NCBI RefSeq assembly: GCF_018977255.1
Contig: NW_024704743.1
Coordinates: 104,410,001-104,474,000, forward strand
DNA length: 64,000 nt
Origin: Callorhinchus milii
Lineage: Eukaryota
Reading direction: 5' to 3'
A program made the translations under genes and the position numbers. Each line of letters begins with the position of its first letter. Within the stretch, counting starts at the first letter, position 1. The notes under the pieces are model-generated. The model did not search any database. It worked only from the letters and a program-made list of their open reading frames with translations, and was not told the origin of the DNA. Positions 12,948 through 25,140 of this stretch are shown piece after piece.

Positions 12948-15900
12948 TTCTCACATTGCTTTTATTATGAAAAAAAATTCACCATCATGTGTCTTGCTCA
13001 TGAAACATATAAGGGTGGTGGGTGGGTGGGGGGGTGGAGGAAAAATCGTTAATTTAGCTTTCTTCTGCCAATATGTCACCGCACACTACCTGTGCATGAT
13101 TGGGTGTTTATGAAGCCTTCCAGGAGTTGCTCAATCAGATTCGTCGGCTGTAGCTCAAAGAACTTCACCTCCCAGGATATTTTCCTCTTATAGCATCAAC
13201 TGATAAAAGCGATGAATGACTTCTTGTTTGGTCTACGGAAAGAGAGCAGGAATGTTGCGGCAGGTATGAGGCAGTGCAAAGTGTGGCTGGTGTTATCTGG
13301 ATGCTAAATTGAGTGGGCTGTGTTCCACCTGTGGCTATAGCCCTGTACTGAACACAATACATTCTCACTTTGGGACCATTTGGTTGCCCTCAAAACACAC
13401 ACAGTCACCCCACTTTATGGTATATCTTGCAAAGCACTTTGAGACAGCTCCCAACTTGAAAGGCACTCCACAAATGTAAAATTGTTGTTTTAAATCCTCT
13501 GGTGGTGAAAGCAGATCATTTTAGAACAGTGATGAAAAGAGAGCACTTACAGATGACAAGTACATGAAGATGATGAAGACTTATGGATTCGCATTAGGAA
13601 AAAAAATGAAGGTAATTCCAGTAATACTCCTCTGAAGGTCAAGTGAATACAAGCAGTGGCTGTTGAACATTAGGCCATACAGACTAGAAATTTGCAGGTT
13701 CAAATCCTATCTGTGCTGAGTTAGTTTATCCCAGATAGAACAACAATTAGATTGCTTGAATTATTTTTAATGCTTCTCATATAGTGAATGGAAAATCAGA
13801 TAGGGCTCTTCATTCTAGATTGTAATCTAGAGACCGCTACTAATAGGTGCATGTGTCTAGACATCTGAAAAGAGACGGGATCAAGCTTAGTTGAGATGCC
13901 CCTACTCCTGTGGTCAAACAGCACATTGACATCAATGACAAAGCTCTTTGGAGAAGGTACTGTAAAATACCGGCTACCCTAAGAATCATATCCCAGGAGA
14001 AGGAAAAAGTAGTTGCATGGCTTCAAGAAGGGAGAGAGAAAACTGGAGGAGAAAAATTGACAGACAACCAAGCTCAAAAATTAAGAACTGTTTAGCCCAT
14101 ATACAGGACAGACAAAAATGTGTCAGAGTGAGTGAATGAGCCAATAATCCAGTATCATAGGAGAGTAAGAATTACTGAAAAATGCAGAAATGGAGATTTC
14201 AGTTCCAAGATCCTGGGAAAACTTCTTCGTTGAAAATGGAAATGGTGATGCTTGATGTAATTCTTATAAAAGAGCATAATAATAGAAGAATAGATGGAAT
14301 AAGAGAATAAGTTATTTTCCTCGTGTAGCTTGTTCCAAATTGAATAAATAGCACCCAACTCAATTGGTTATATTCAACCCTTTTATGCCGTGGCTTTTAT
14401 AATTGATCTGATGCAAACTGGAATTGAATGGATGTTAAAAATGCACATTAAATTTGGTGTGTTGCCCTTGGTCACTGTCTGATGTATATTTATGGGTGGC
14501 TGGAGAAATCATGGTGCTGTTGGAAGGAAAAAGATACACACCTTTACACAAAAGAGAAAAGTGGGGCATAACAATTCTGAATCTCTGCTTTCTGCCTTCA
14601 AATCTTGCACTCGTTACTTCATATATATTATAAATTTAAATTAAAGTAGTTTTTCTCAACAAATAGTAGTTGACTTGTTGGAATCAAATCAATCCTCAGT
14701 AATTTGGTTCTTGAGTCAGGCAGGTCTACAGTACTCCAGATCATTGTTGACAGACCAGCAAGCCTGTCTTTAATCGCAAAGATAGGAGGTCAGACTGGGA
14801 TTCTTCTGATGGGTTCATGCTGGAGATGCAATGGGAAGCTTGCCAGCCAGTCATTCAACTGTAAGCCATAGAGTTTCAGCTGGTGAAACTCCAGTTGTAC
14901 CCCCTGCAGTACTCTGGGGTTCCCAAGCCTTAGCTCTTGTCAATGTGCCCAGCAGGATGAAAGTGTGCATTCCATTCCAGACAAGGAAAATTTCCATGTG
15001 AAGGTGGCATGCATATATAGAACTCAATCAGTCTGGTTTGGTTACTAGTAAGCATGGTGATTTCTTTTGACCTGACTGATCAAAAAAAACAGCAGCAGGA
15101 CCTGTTATTTAAATTTTTTGGAAATGTTGTGTAATCCCACACACGCACACACTTGAGAAAACAATATGACTCCAGTTTGTCTGATAAATGAAATCTCAAG
15201 CTGGAAATATACAAAAGTTATAGGTTTGAAGTGGAATGGGGGATAGAGCAGAACAGTGGATTGAGGAGAGACGGTGCAGATACAATGGACTGGATTGCCA
15301 CATCTACACAGAATTTCTATGATTCTATGAAGGAGTGTCACATGCCTCACTTCGGAAAACATTCTGAACAGCCCTGGGGAGAATTGGAAGACCAGAGGAG
15401 ACGAGAAGCAAAATGGTTTAAAAAAAACTGCAAGCAAATTAAAACGCCTTAAGTCCTTCCAAAGCAATTTCATGTAGCCTGACTAACCAAACCTGAGCAA
15501 TTCAATGGCAGTTATGTGGAAAGGGTGATGAAAACTGGTGGTGAAAAGTAAATTAAGCTCAGATTCCATCTCAGCTTTATGGGTCGTAAATGGTAAAATT
15601 AAACTGATTGTAAGAGCATAATTGGAATAACAACCCAATGGGTAATAAAGACATAACATTAATCTGGAAGCAAACTTCATTTTAACCAAAAGAATAATTA
15701 ACTATTTATTGATACAGTAATAACAAAACATGAACAGAGGCTTAATTATCCATTGAGAAATCTTGGTTGAAAGTGTTTGCTGGGAATAATGATTTAAAGG
15801 AGAATATGAAATAATAAACCTATAAAGAAATAATAATGAAAATCTTTTTTGCCTCTCATGGGAAGAAAAATAGTGTTTCATAACAGATGGAATTATTATT

Positions 15901-16339
15901 AAATTTGTTTTGAACCACCTCACTTTTCAACCTATTATATATTACAAGTTTTTATTTTGTCTTGATTTATGCAACAGCAAGGATTATTTACTAAATATGA
16001 TGCTTGTGCTGTGCAGTGAATTACTGTTCTCTTCACTGAGATTGGCTAACTGTTGTATGCTTATAAATAGTGCAATGAAATGCTATATTTCTAATTTAAA
16101 TTTGTATTTGTAACGTGATTTTACTCATAGTCTAATTTATTTCATGCTGTGAGTGCACATTGAGGTCTAAATAGATATTTCAAATGGGATTCCATAATCC
16201 TGCGGCACCAACTAGCAGAAGCTAATTCCGGAACAAATCTGAAATCTGCTTTCAGAGCAGTGTTCCCGTAAATTAGCGTGAAGCATGCCGAGGGGGAAAC
16301 CAAAAGCAATCTAGTTAGTTGACTTATCGCTCACCATGT

Positions 16340-16950
16340 CAAAATAGTATGAGTTAGCAATAAGCAAGGAAAACAGGATCCTGGACTACATTGCTAAATC
16401 AGTTAAATTCAAATCCCAGACATCAATATTCATCTTATGTAGTGGGCTGGTCAGACCACACTTAGATTACATCATATAGTTCAGGTCATCGTGACACAAG
16501 GGCCCAGGACCTAGAGGCTGTGCGAAGGCAGGCAACACGGGCGATCTCCAATTATCCAGAGGCGTGAGCTATAAGTAACAATTAGACAAGCTAGGCCTCT
16601 TCAGTCTTGAGAGAAAATAACTCAGAGGACCTTTGTGTTTAACATTTCAGATAGGATTGAAAAAGTAAATCCAGATCCATACTTTTGGATGAACCAACAC
16701 AGTAGAACAAGAGGACAAAGGTTTAGATTTGCAAAGAGCAATTCCACGACAGATACCAGGAAGGTTTTTTTTTACCCAGAAGGTAATTAATGATTAGAAC
16801 AAGTTGCCAAGTAAGAATGGTTGAGGTCAGGACCATGGACTCATTTTAAAGAAAGATTGACGATGTGTTGGACAGATGGTAAAGTGGGCATTCTGGAAAG
16901 ATGAAATCAGATAGACTGAAGGACCTTCTTCATCACAAACTGAACTTGTG
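16340..16950 (+). mobile_element. CR1 LINE 3' fragment (old)
   Basis: GGGCTGGTCAGACCACACTTAGATTAC reads LVRPHLDY; LGLFSLERK and RTRG motifs follow. Confidence 0.75.
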
Positions 16951-18374
16951 TGATATACTTTCAGTTACCAAAAGGAAACCCAATTTGGATTTCTCAATTG
17001 AGGAATCCTGTTTAAAGTAGCTTGGTTTTTGATTTCAATGTATTGAAAAGCATGATCAATTTAGTGACTATAGCACTGCCGGTCAATACCATAGTTATAT
17101 GATGTCAAAGGAAAGAAACTATCAAGATACCAAAGTATTTACTGACAGGTTCTTTAATAATAGATAAATTAATTTTAACGTGTTATTCGTATCAGTCTTC
17201 GAAAAAGACAAGAAAAGAAGATCCTGGTTCTAAGGATAGTAGATTGATTGACTTACCATGAGCGAATTTAGATGATAAAGGGACACTAGACAAAATAAAT
17301 ACTTTTAAATTAATATCGAAAAGGCTATAGGTTATTTTTCTGCAATGTTCACTCCGAGAAGAATTTGGTATTTCAGAAAAGTTCACCATAATATTAAATA
17401 AATTGATTGAACTGTGTGCAGTGACAAAGAGCAATAACATGCTTAAACTGGATTATTGGTTCGCAAGATAATAACAATAATAATCCTTGCATTTGATATA
17501 ACACTTTATTACAGTGCTGAGAACTGACAAAGCAAATCACAGGATTTATTGTAAAGTGCATTAACTATGTATTTCTAGATAAATGCAGCAGCCAATTAGT
17601 GCGTGCACAGCAATGTCCTATAAACAGCCATAAAATAATAATCATCCTTGCATTTGATATAGCACCTTATCATCTCATCGAGATGTCTCAAGGCACTTCA
17701 CAGAATATACTGTAAAGTGAATAGACTATATTTTGTGGGCAAAACACAGCAGACAATTGAGCACAGAAGTGTCCCACAAACATTCATGGATTGATGCCAT
17801 GAGCGATGATCAATTATATCTGGGGATTGTTGGCCAAGACACTCCAAATAACTTAAACTTAAAATAACTCACTTAACATTTGCCACTACGCTTAAATTAC
17901 AGAGAATCTGGGTTAAACTTTTCTAAATATCTGTAATTTACATAGGATGATACTCAGAGATATAGTGGAATCCCATTATATTGGGTAGATTAGAATCATG
18001 AAAAAAGTTGCATGCAACCGGACTTTCTTTTAATAATATTGCTATTTTTATTACTTTATTATTAAAAAAATGAACTATAAATAAATTAATACATTAGAAT
18101 TGTGAAAAGATTTAATTCTTTGTTAGGTGTTACGTAATATGAAGAGTGCTTTATAAATGCAAATTGCTGTCATTGTTGCTCTGTAATAATTTCCAGACAT
18201 AGGCATATTCCTATGAATATGCTTAAATCATGATTTAATGTATATGTCTTGGCTTTAATGCATGTTTCTTGACATCAAAATATTTTTGAGCACAGTACAG
18301 ATACTCGAACTTTCAAATCATAATGTGCTGCTTATTGGCTTTCATATATTTGTTTAAGTAGACAAAAAGAGTTT

Positions 18375-18955
18375 GTGGCCTCCCCACAGCTCTATCTCTA
18401 TGACCTGGAAATTTGCTGCCTGGTCTACTCCCTGCACTCAGCAAACACCAGCCTACTTCATGTCTCCTGCCTGATCTGCCTCACCATCCATGGGCGAGCT
18501 TTCAGTAATTCTATTCCTGCTCTCTGGAACTCCATCCTGGAGTCCCTCCCCGGAACCTCCTCTATCGCAACCTTCAAACCACATCATAATAATATAATAA
18601 TCCTTGCATTTGATATAGCGCCTTATCATGTCTTTGATACGTCTCAAAGCGCTTAACAGAATAGACTGTAAATTGAATTGACTGTATATTTTGTGGGTAA
18701 AATGTGGCAGCCAATTGTGTACAGTGGTATCCCACAAATAGTAATGAAATGAGTGACAAATTTTTTTTTTTTTTGAAGGAATTATTACCCCCAGAAAAGC
18801 GACTGCCAATCGACTAATAACTAGGTTCCTACTTACTGTTAGGTAAACAGAAGAGGGTGGGTTAAGGAAACTTGCCCAGCATTTTGCCCTGCCGGGAATC
18901 AAACCTAAGTCTTTTGCTTGCGAGGTGAGTGCTCTAACCACTGAGCCACAGGACC
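18375..18955. mobile_element. L2 fragment (+, 18375-18575) abutting a SINE (-, 18590-18955)
   Basis: TIHGRAFSNSIPALWNS is L2-like; the SINE head GGTCCTGTGGCTCAGTGGTTAGAGCAC lies on the minus strand. Confidence 0.75.
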
Positions 18956-19828
18956 TCTCATAAGACCCATCACTTAAATTCTGCATTCGGCCAACCCCCC
19001 ACCACCACCACCAACTTCCCAGTTCCCCAGATGAGTTCCCAGTTATATGTGTGAAGTGTTTTGAGACATCCTCTCGATGTGAAAGGCACTATATAAATGT
19101 AAATTGTTGTTGTTATTGTTTGAACTTAACCGAGTCAGAGCAGAGAGAATTTGGCTTTGAAAGTCATGCAATTGCAAAACAAATTCAAAACTGCAAACAT
19201 GAGCTGCTCCTTGAGTCTTGCAGAGATGCCAGAGAAAATGAATTCAACTTCCAGCATATCACTGGGGATTAAACTTGTCTACATATTCCCAGCAATCAGC
19301 TGCAGACCCTCGCCTCAGATCAGGAAACCAGCCAATATTGCTAAAGAAAATAATGTGTGTACTGTTTCCAATTCAATATCTCCACTAGACAGCTAGAGAA
19401 AAAGAAATCTACAGTCCCCATAGCAGAGATTTGAATCCTCATTGGAACAACACGGAAAGATTATCTAAAAAAGTAGGATACATATTTTTCTTATTAAATT
19501 ATAATACCAATCACTGTCATTTTGGCTCTCCTACAGCTATTTATTCATTATTACAGCAGGGAATTAATGAGAGCAGGGATACCGACAACGGCAGGCCATA
19601 AACAGAGAAGGGCATTCAGTCTCTGAATATCAGTACACAATTCAAATTAAATATAATACAGGTACGAGTGAGTAAAGTTAAATGGATCCAATTTGAATTA
19701 TTTAAAGTATGAACTTCAGCTCATAGCTATTGTATTCCCTGTTTATTGTGAAGCCTTGTACCTTTTTTAAGATCCGTTGACAACCTGTTAAAAAATCAAC
19801 AGATTTACAGTGACATTCTAGAGTAGGA

Positions 19829-20148
19829 GTGGAGTCCTGTAGCTCAGTGGTTAGAGCATCGCTTTGCAAGTGAGAGACCTGAGTTCAAATCCATTCAGGG
19901 CAAAACCTTGGGCAAGTTTCCTTACTCCACACGCCTAATAATAATCCCTCCAAAACCAAAAACAATAATAAATTGGTCATTTTCAATCTACGACTGTTTG
20001 TGGGACATTGCTGTGCGCAATTGGCTGCCGCGTTCGCTCACAAATATACAGTCAATTCACTTTACAGTGTGTTCTGTGAAGTGCTTTGGGACGTCCTCCC
20101 GACGTGAAAAGCGCTATATTAAATGTAAGGATTATTATTATTATTATA
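19829..20148 (+). mobile_element. Young tRNA SINE, full length
   Basis: Head GTGGAGTCCTGTAGCTCAGTGG through the (TTA)n tail. Confidence 0.92.
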
Positions 20149-20429
20149 GGAGAACCCGGTGATTCAAGAGGAACAAACAAATAGACTGATGTGGCCAATG
20201 TTTCTTTTACTGCTTTATTTTTTATTCTATGAAACTGGTGAATCATCTTTACTAACTATGTTGTCATTTTCCATGTCTGCACTAATTCAGCCTTACAATA
20301 TTTACATTGACTCTTAAATATTTAATCCTTTATTTTAAGTAGTATGGGGTGGGGGTGTGTGGAGGATATTTGTGATATTCTTTGTATTCTTTAGATTAGT
20401 GTCTATGATAATTTAAGGAATACCACAAA

Positions 20430-21165
20430 CTATAATAAGAACATAAGAAATGAAAAAAGACGAAGGTCCATCTAGTTTGCCTTCCACATTCCTGGTGGTT
20501 GCATGCACATATGTCCCAAACTACCTTTGTATTATATCCCATAATGTTATTTCCTGAAAGAAAACTATCTAATCTGTGTTTGAAAGAATCAACACTTCCT
20601 GCTTCAACCGTCTCCCTAGGGAGCCGGTTCCACAGGTTCACTATTCGCTCACTGAAATAGTGGTTGCATAGATTCATTCCAAATTTACCCCCTTCAATCG
20701 CAGGCGGTGTCCGCTGGTTTTACTATGCTGGACAAGTTGAAACAATCCTGTCATGATCTTTACTGTCTTGTCCCTTTAGAATCTTAAAGACAGCAATCAT
20801 GTTGTCTCTCAATCTTCTCTTCTCCAGCATGAACATGCCCAATTTACTTAGTCGCTCCTCATAGTTCAGTTCTTCCTCAATCATTTTGTTTTCCCTCCTC
20901 TGTATCTTCTCAATTTTCCAATATCCTTTTTGAACTGCAGTGACCAGAATCGTACACACAGTACTTTAAGTCTCACCAACGATGTGTGCAGTGGGAGGAT
21001 TACCCCACTATTTCGGCTCGCTATTGATCTTTTGATCCCAACATCCGGTTTGCTTTACTCGCTGCCGCAGAGCATTGTTGTGAGAGCTTCAATTTATTGT
21101 CAATCAGGACCCCAGGTCCCTTTCATTTCCATACATATTATTTTCCTTCCGTTCAAATAATAGTC
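20430..21165 (-). mobile_element. CR1 LINE 3' fragment
   Basis: Minus ORFs LNYEERLSKLGMFMLEKRRLRDNMIAVFKILKG and FSERIVNLWNRLPRETVEAGSVDSFKHRLD; TTCTTATGTTCTTA tail. Confidence 0.9.
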
Positions 21166-21229
21166 CTTAATAATCCTTACATTTGAAGGAAATAATAATC
21201 AAATAATAATATCAAATAATAATATTAAA

Positions 21230-21359
21230 TGTTGTGTTTACATCTTTCAGTAATGTGAACGTGCCCAGTACTTCGTTCCTCCAGCCTTCTCCAATACATT
21301 CTTATTCAGCCAATCCTCATTCAGGTCCTCCATTTTGTATGTACCTCGAGTATCCAACA
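21230..21359 (-). repeat. 3' LTR-like segment (130 bp, TGTTG...CAACA)
   Basis: Begins TGTTGGATA immediately after the PPT and ends ACACAACA; no visible homology to the 5' LTR-like segment. Confidence 0.55.
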
Positions 21360-21371
21360 GTCCCCACCTTG
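21360..21371 (-). promoter_or_regulatory. Polypurine tract (PPT)
   Basis: Minus strand CAAGGTGGGGAC directly before TGTTG, about 40 nt after the env stop. Confidence 0.65.
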
Positions 21372-21407
21372 AGGGTAAAGAACAAAATGTTTCGAACCCT
21401 CACAATG

Positions 21408-23537
21408 CTACTCAAGGGGAATGGCAACATAAGAATTGGACAGGCTGTAACTAAAATAATGTATTTGAGCCTGCCATTTAACAGCCCGCAACTTACCCCA
21501 GGTTATAAGTACTACAATGGTAACAAAAATCTGAACGAATATAAAAAGATATGATACAAATCGAGCAGCGGGATGTTCACCAACATTATATACTGTCTCC
21601 CACCAACTATGATCGCCCAGATGAGCAATGGCTTCAATCAATTTCTCGATTAGCTTGTGTCAAATGGATGAGATGGATTTGGGGTGTGTGTGATCGACTG
21701 AGTATATTTCGGAGAGTAATGGATAAAGGAGGAATGTAATGTCGAAAAGGAATGATGGTATTCTGAGCCGCTCCCATTATATTGGTATTGTTGTATTCCA
21801 AATTCTCTACGTTGTGCTCCTGGATAGGATGCAGAATAATACCGCTGATAGAGACGGTTTGCTGGGGTGTGAAGCAGAAGGTGGTAGGAAGTGACAGACA
21901 GACAATGTTGGTAGTGTTTACTGGCATGTGTTTCTGAATGGTAGTAACACAAAACTCTCCCCAACCTCGGTAAGCCACATTCGTCCCCTGACATCTGGAG
22001 GTAAGTTGTATGGGGCACCATGGGTCTGAGTCTCCCATGGTGAACCCGCAAGCTGTAATTTCAGATGGGAATGTACTACCGGAGCACAACCATACCCCCT
22101 TCACCTTGTTACAACCCGACATATCGATTGTATGCCATGATTCTGTGCCTCTATCAAACAGTAAAATAGGAGGATTCCGGTGTGCTCCTTGAGCACCCCA
22201 TCTTCCATTGTGCCGATAGATTTGACTCGGTATAATCGGAAAGGAGGGGTGATAGGAATCTGGGGTACGATGAGCAGTATGGGAAGGATCTTGATTCTTC
22301 CAAAATCAGATCTTTTGGACGTTGAGTGGATCAGGTATGCCTTAGTAAGCTCCCTTGTCTTACGGATGTTGGGCACGAATCCCTCGGGTAACATTGACCA
22401 AATTTGATCATGCGAAATGGCAGCCGGCAAACAGCCTGACTCAATGTTATTGAGTTGCTGTCAATAGTGATTGAGCAGGTTTGCTCCCAGCATCCCACAT
22501 GCAATAGCTTTTGGGATGGCTTGGGACTTGAACTGCTCATTATTCTCGTTGATTAACTCATTTACTGAACCATTGATTTGGTGTAACGCTCGGGAGATGT
22601 CTAAGATCGAATCCAGAGCCATGAGATTCTCTTGAATGAGTTTCTCTGTATTCTCCCCTTTTAGGGATAGAATGGTTTTTATCTGGGTTCGTAACATGAT
22701 CGTTTCAATTTCAACCGATTCCTGGCTGCTGTTGCTCCAGCAGCCCCGATCGATTTGGCTAGTTCCCTCTTATGCCTCGGTGCGGTGAGGGACCCTGAAT
22801 GGTCTCCTAGTGTGACCCCTTTGTTGCGCTGGAAAAAAGTCTCAGAACATGGTTTCCTGTTGGGTATGGTAGAAGGATTGATACTTAGTGTCGCACACAT
22901 CAGCTGGTAGGTTAAGTTAAAATGCAACATAATCGGCACATGCTCGTTTTGTACATCAGTAAACATTGTTTCAAACAGTTGTTCGACCACTAAACCATTA
23001 CTAGACCCCACAGTAACAACTGGGTACTTAGCCTCCCCCATTTCACGCGGTATTACCTTTACTAGGACAGTGGAGCTAGGCCCTTAATGGTATGTGCCTT
23101 CAGGATCGAATTGCTGAACAATTATAATACCCTTGGTGTCTGTGAAATACATATGGAAAAATCAGATCCCGCTGCAAGGTAGTGTTAGTAACCCGACGTG
23201 GTCCGAGCATCTGAGCACCCCACATTCCAATGGGGGCATCTTGCAGGGTGGTAGGGTTAGTTTTGTGAAAAATGATCATCTCTGGGTCCGGAGATGAGTA
23301 GGATTCAATTATGCAAGTCAGTGTCAGGGATCGTCCCAACGATATTTCAATAGTTCGGTAGGTATGGGAAGCGACATCCTAGAATGGGGCACCCTTCTTT
23401 TGCACAGATCTTCATCTTTCTGCCCTGAACGGGGCTGAGGCTTGCATGGGGACTGCTCCGTATGGATCCCTGTTTGGTGATATGTCTGCAGCCATACAGA
23501 CTCCTATTCTTAACAGGAGGCAGACCCAGTTTATCAT
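21408..23537 (-). pseudogene. env: Envelope glycoprotein: signal peptide, Ig-like domain, class I F-type fusogen (stops and frameshifts)
   Basis: ATG at 23537 (MINWVCLLLRIGVCMA, signal-like); Ig motif GRSLTLTC...HQGYYNC; RHKR furin site (22766-22777) followed by the small-residue fusion peptide ELAKSIGAAGATAA; heptad region LRTQIKTIL...LHQINGSVNELI; Cys-rich block GCNKVKGVWLC...C...C...C; HSWW; TM FVSYLFIFVQIFVTIVVLITW; stop at 21408. Confidence 0.85.
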
Positions 23538-23558
23538 CTTTTCCGGTCCTATTTGCTT

Positions 23559-23577
23559 CTGTAAGAACAAGTTAGTA
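23559..23577 (-). promoter_or_regulatory. env splice acceptor with consensus branch point
   Basis: Minus strand TACTAAC-TTGTTCTTA-CAG, just after the integrase stop and about 21 nt before the env ATG. Confidence 0.75.
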
Positions 23578-23582
23578 TGTGT

Positions 23583-25140
23583 TTAGTTATCAGTTTTGCA
23601 ATCTTTCAGTTGGTTAATATGGTGCCATTTAGCTATCTTTTTACCCTTTTTATCTGTATACTGAATAAGGTATACCGATGGACTTGCTCTGTCAATTATC
23701 GGGAATGGACCCTTCCATTTTAGTGTAAAGGGATGCTCCTTTTTCCCATAGTCAAGTACCTTTACTGTTTGCCCGATTGGGTACTCTCGTATTTTGACCC
23801 TTTTATCAAACTACTTCTTCATTTGTTCCTTCGCCCTTCCACTGTTGTGGGCTACAAACTGATTTGTCATTTGGGCACATTGAAACATTTTCCTTACCCA
23901 AGTTTCAGTTACCGCACCCTGTAGGCTAGTATTGCCTTCCAGAGTGGCTCCCGGGGCTAAAGGTATAAGCAGATGGCCTGGTAACCTCATCATCCTACCT
24001 GTCATTGCCTGATAGCGTGCTATCTGGGTGGTCGAATGGGGAGTAGACCTCAGAGCCATTAAGCATAATAGCAACATCTGTGCCCATTGTGCGGGGTGGT
24101 CTGCACAATACTTTCTCAATAGAGTCTTGAGAGTGCGGTTGCCTCATTCGATCATCCTGGATGACTGTGGGTGGAAGGCAATGTGGAGTTGGTGTTTGAT
24201 CCCCATTAACTGTGTTATGGCCTTGAAAACTTGTCCCGTGAAATGTGTTCCCTTATCACTGTCCAAAACCTCAAGCACTCCCCATCTGCAGACCACCTCG
24301 CACAATAAGATACGGGCTGCAGTTGCTGCAGATGTGGCGCATGTGGGGAAGGCTTCGATCCATTTAGTGAATTTATCTATTATCACAAGGACATATTTGA
24401 AGTTGTGGGCAGATGGAGGGAGAGGGCCAATAAAGTCAACTTGGATGTGGGTCCATGGACCATAGGGGGATGGCGCGGGGCAGAGAAACACGGGGTTCGC
24501 GGGTGGACCCGGGTTGTGTTGTAGACATACGATACACCGACGGCTCCGTTCAGTAATATCGGTGTCGATGGAGGGCCATCAAGCTGCAGTGAGAATTTTT
24601 GCAATAGTGGTGTTAGCTTCAGTGTGTCCTGCAGTGGGATGATCGTGGAAAAGCTGAAAGAAGTCTTCAGAAAGGTCAGGGGGAATGCACGCCACTTGCT
24701 GTTCTTCAGAACTACCATTATGTACTACAGTGGGGTCACATTAGGGTGCGTAACCAGACGAGTGGTGTGTGCCCATGGGGATGGTTGAGATAAGGGTTGG
24801 TTCTGGAGATGCCATTGTATAATTGTGTTGTATGGATAACAGAGGTAGCTTGTAGGGCGGACAGGTCGGCAGAGGTAGCATCGGAGACTACGTTGCAAGC
24901 TGCAGAGGTGTCAGCCTATACGGGTGCCTCTGATGCGGCACGCTTGGCGGCACTGTTGGCAAGCTTGTGGCCGTGATGGTAGGGGTCGGTGGAAGAGTGG
25001 GCTTTCACTTTTCCCCCATGCAGTGGAGTCTGCCAATCACACAATACCTGCCACACGGAGAAAAGGAGCACTCGATGGGTAAGGGGTCACCTATCAGCGG
25101 AGCAAAACTCTCGGGAGGCATACAAGGGTAAGAGGTGTTT
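23583..25140 (-). pseudogene. pol: pol remnant: C-terminal RNase H plus integrase
   Basis: RNase H HLLPLYASREFCSAD...KVKAHSS...GHKLANSAAKRAA; integrase zinc finger FHDHPTAGH...CIVC; catalytic core WTHIQVDFIGPLP...LDSDKGTHF...FHPQSSRMIE (D,D,E); C-terminal WKGPFPII (GPY/F); stop at 23583. Confidence 0.92.

Noticed and set aside
15170..15460. Possible ancient RTE-type LINE 3' fragment (MPHFGKHSEQPWGEL...)
   Set aside because: Similarity too weak to support by eye.
19829..19910. tRNA-like sequences (also at 2180-2250, 36921, 37709, 40295, 44310, 55899, 56880)
   Set aside because: They are SINE heads: each continues into the SINE body and tail, so they are not tRNA genes.
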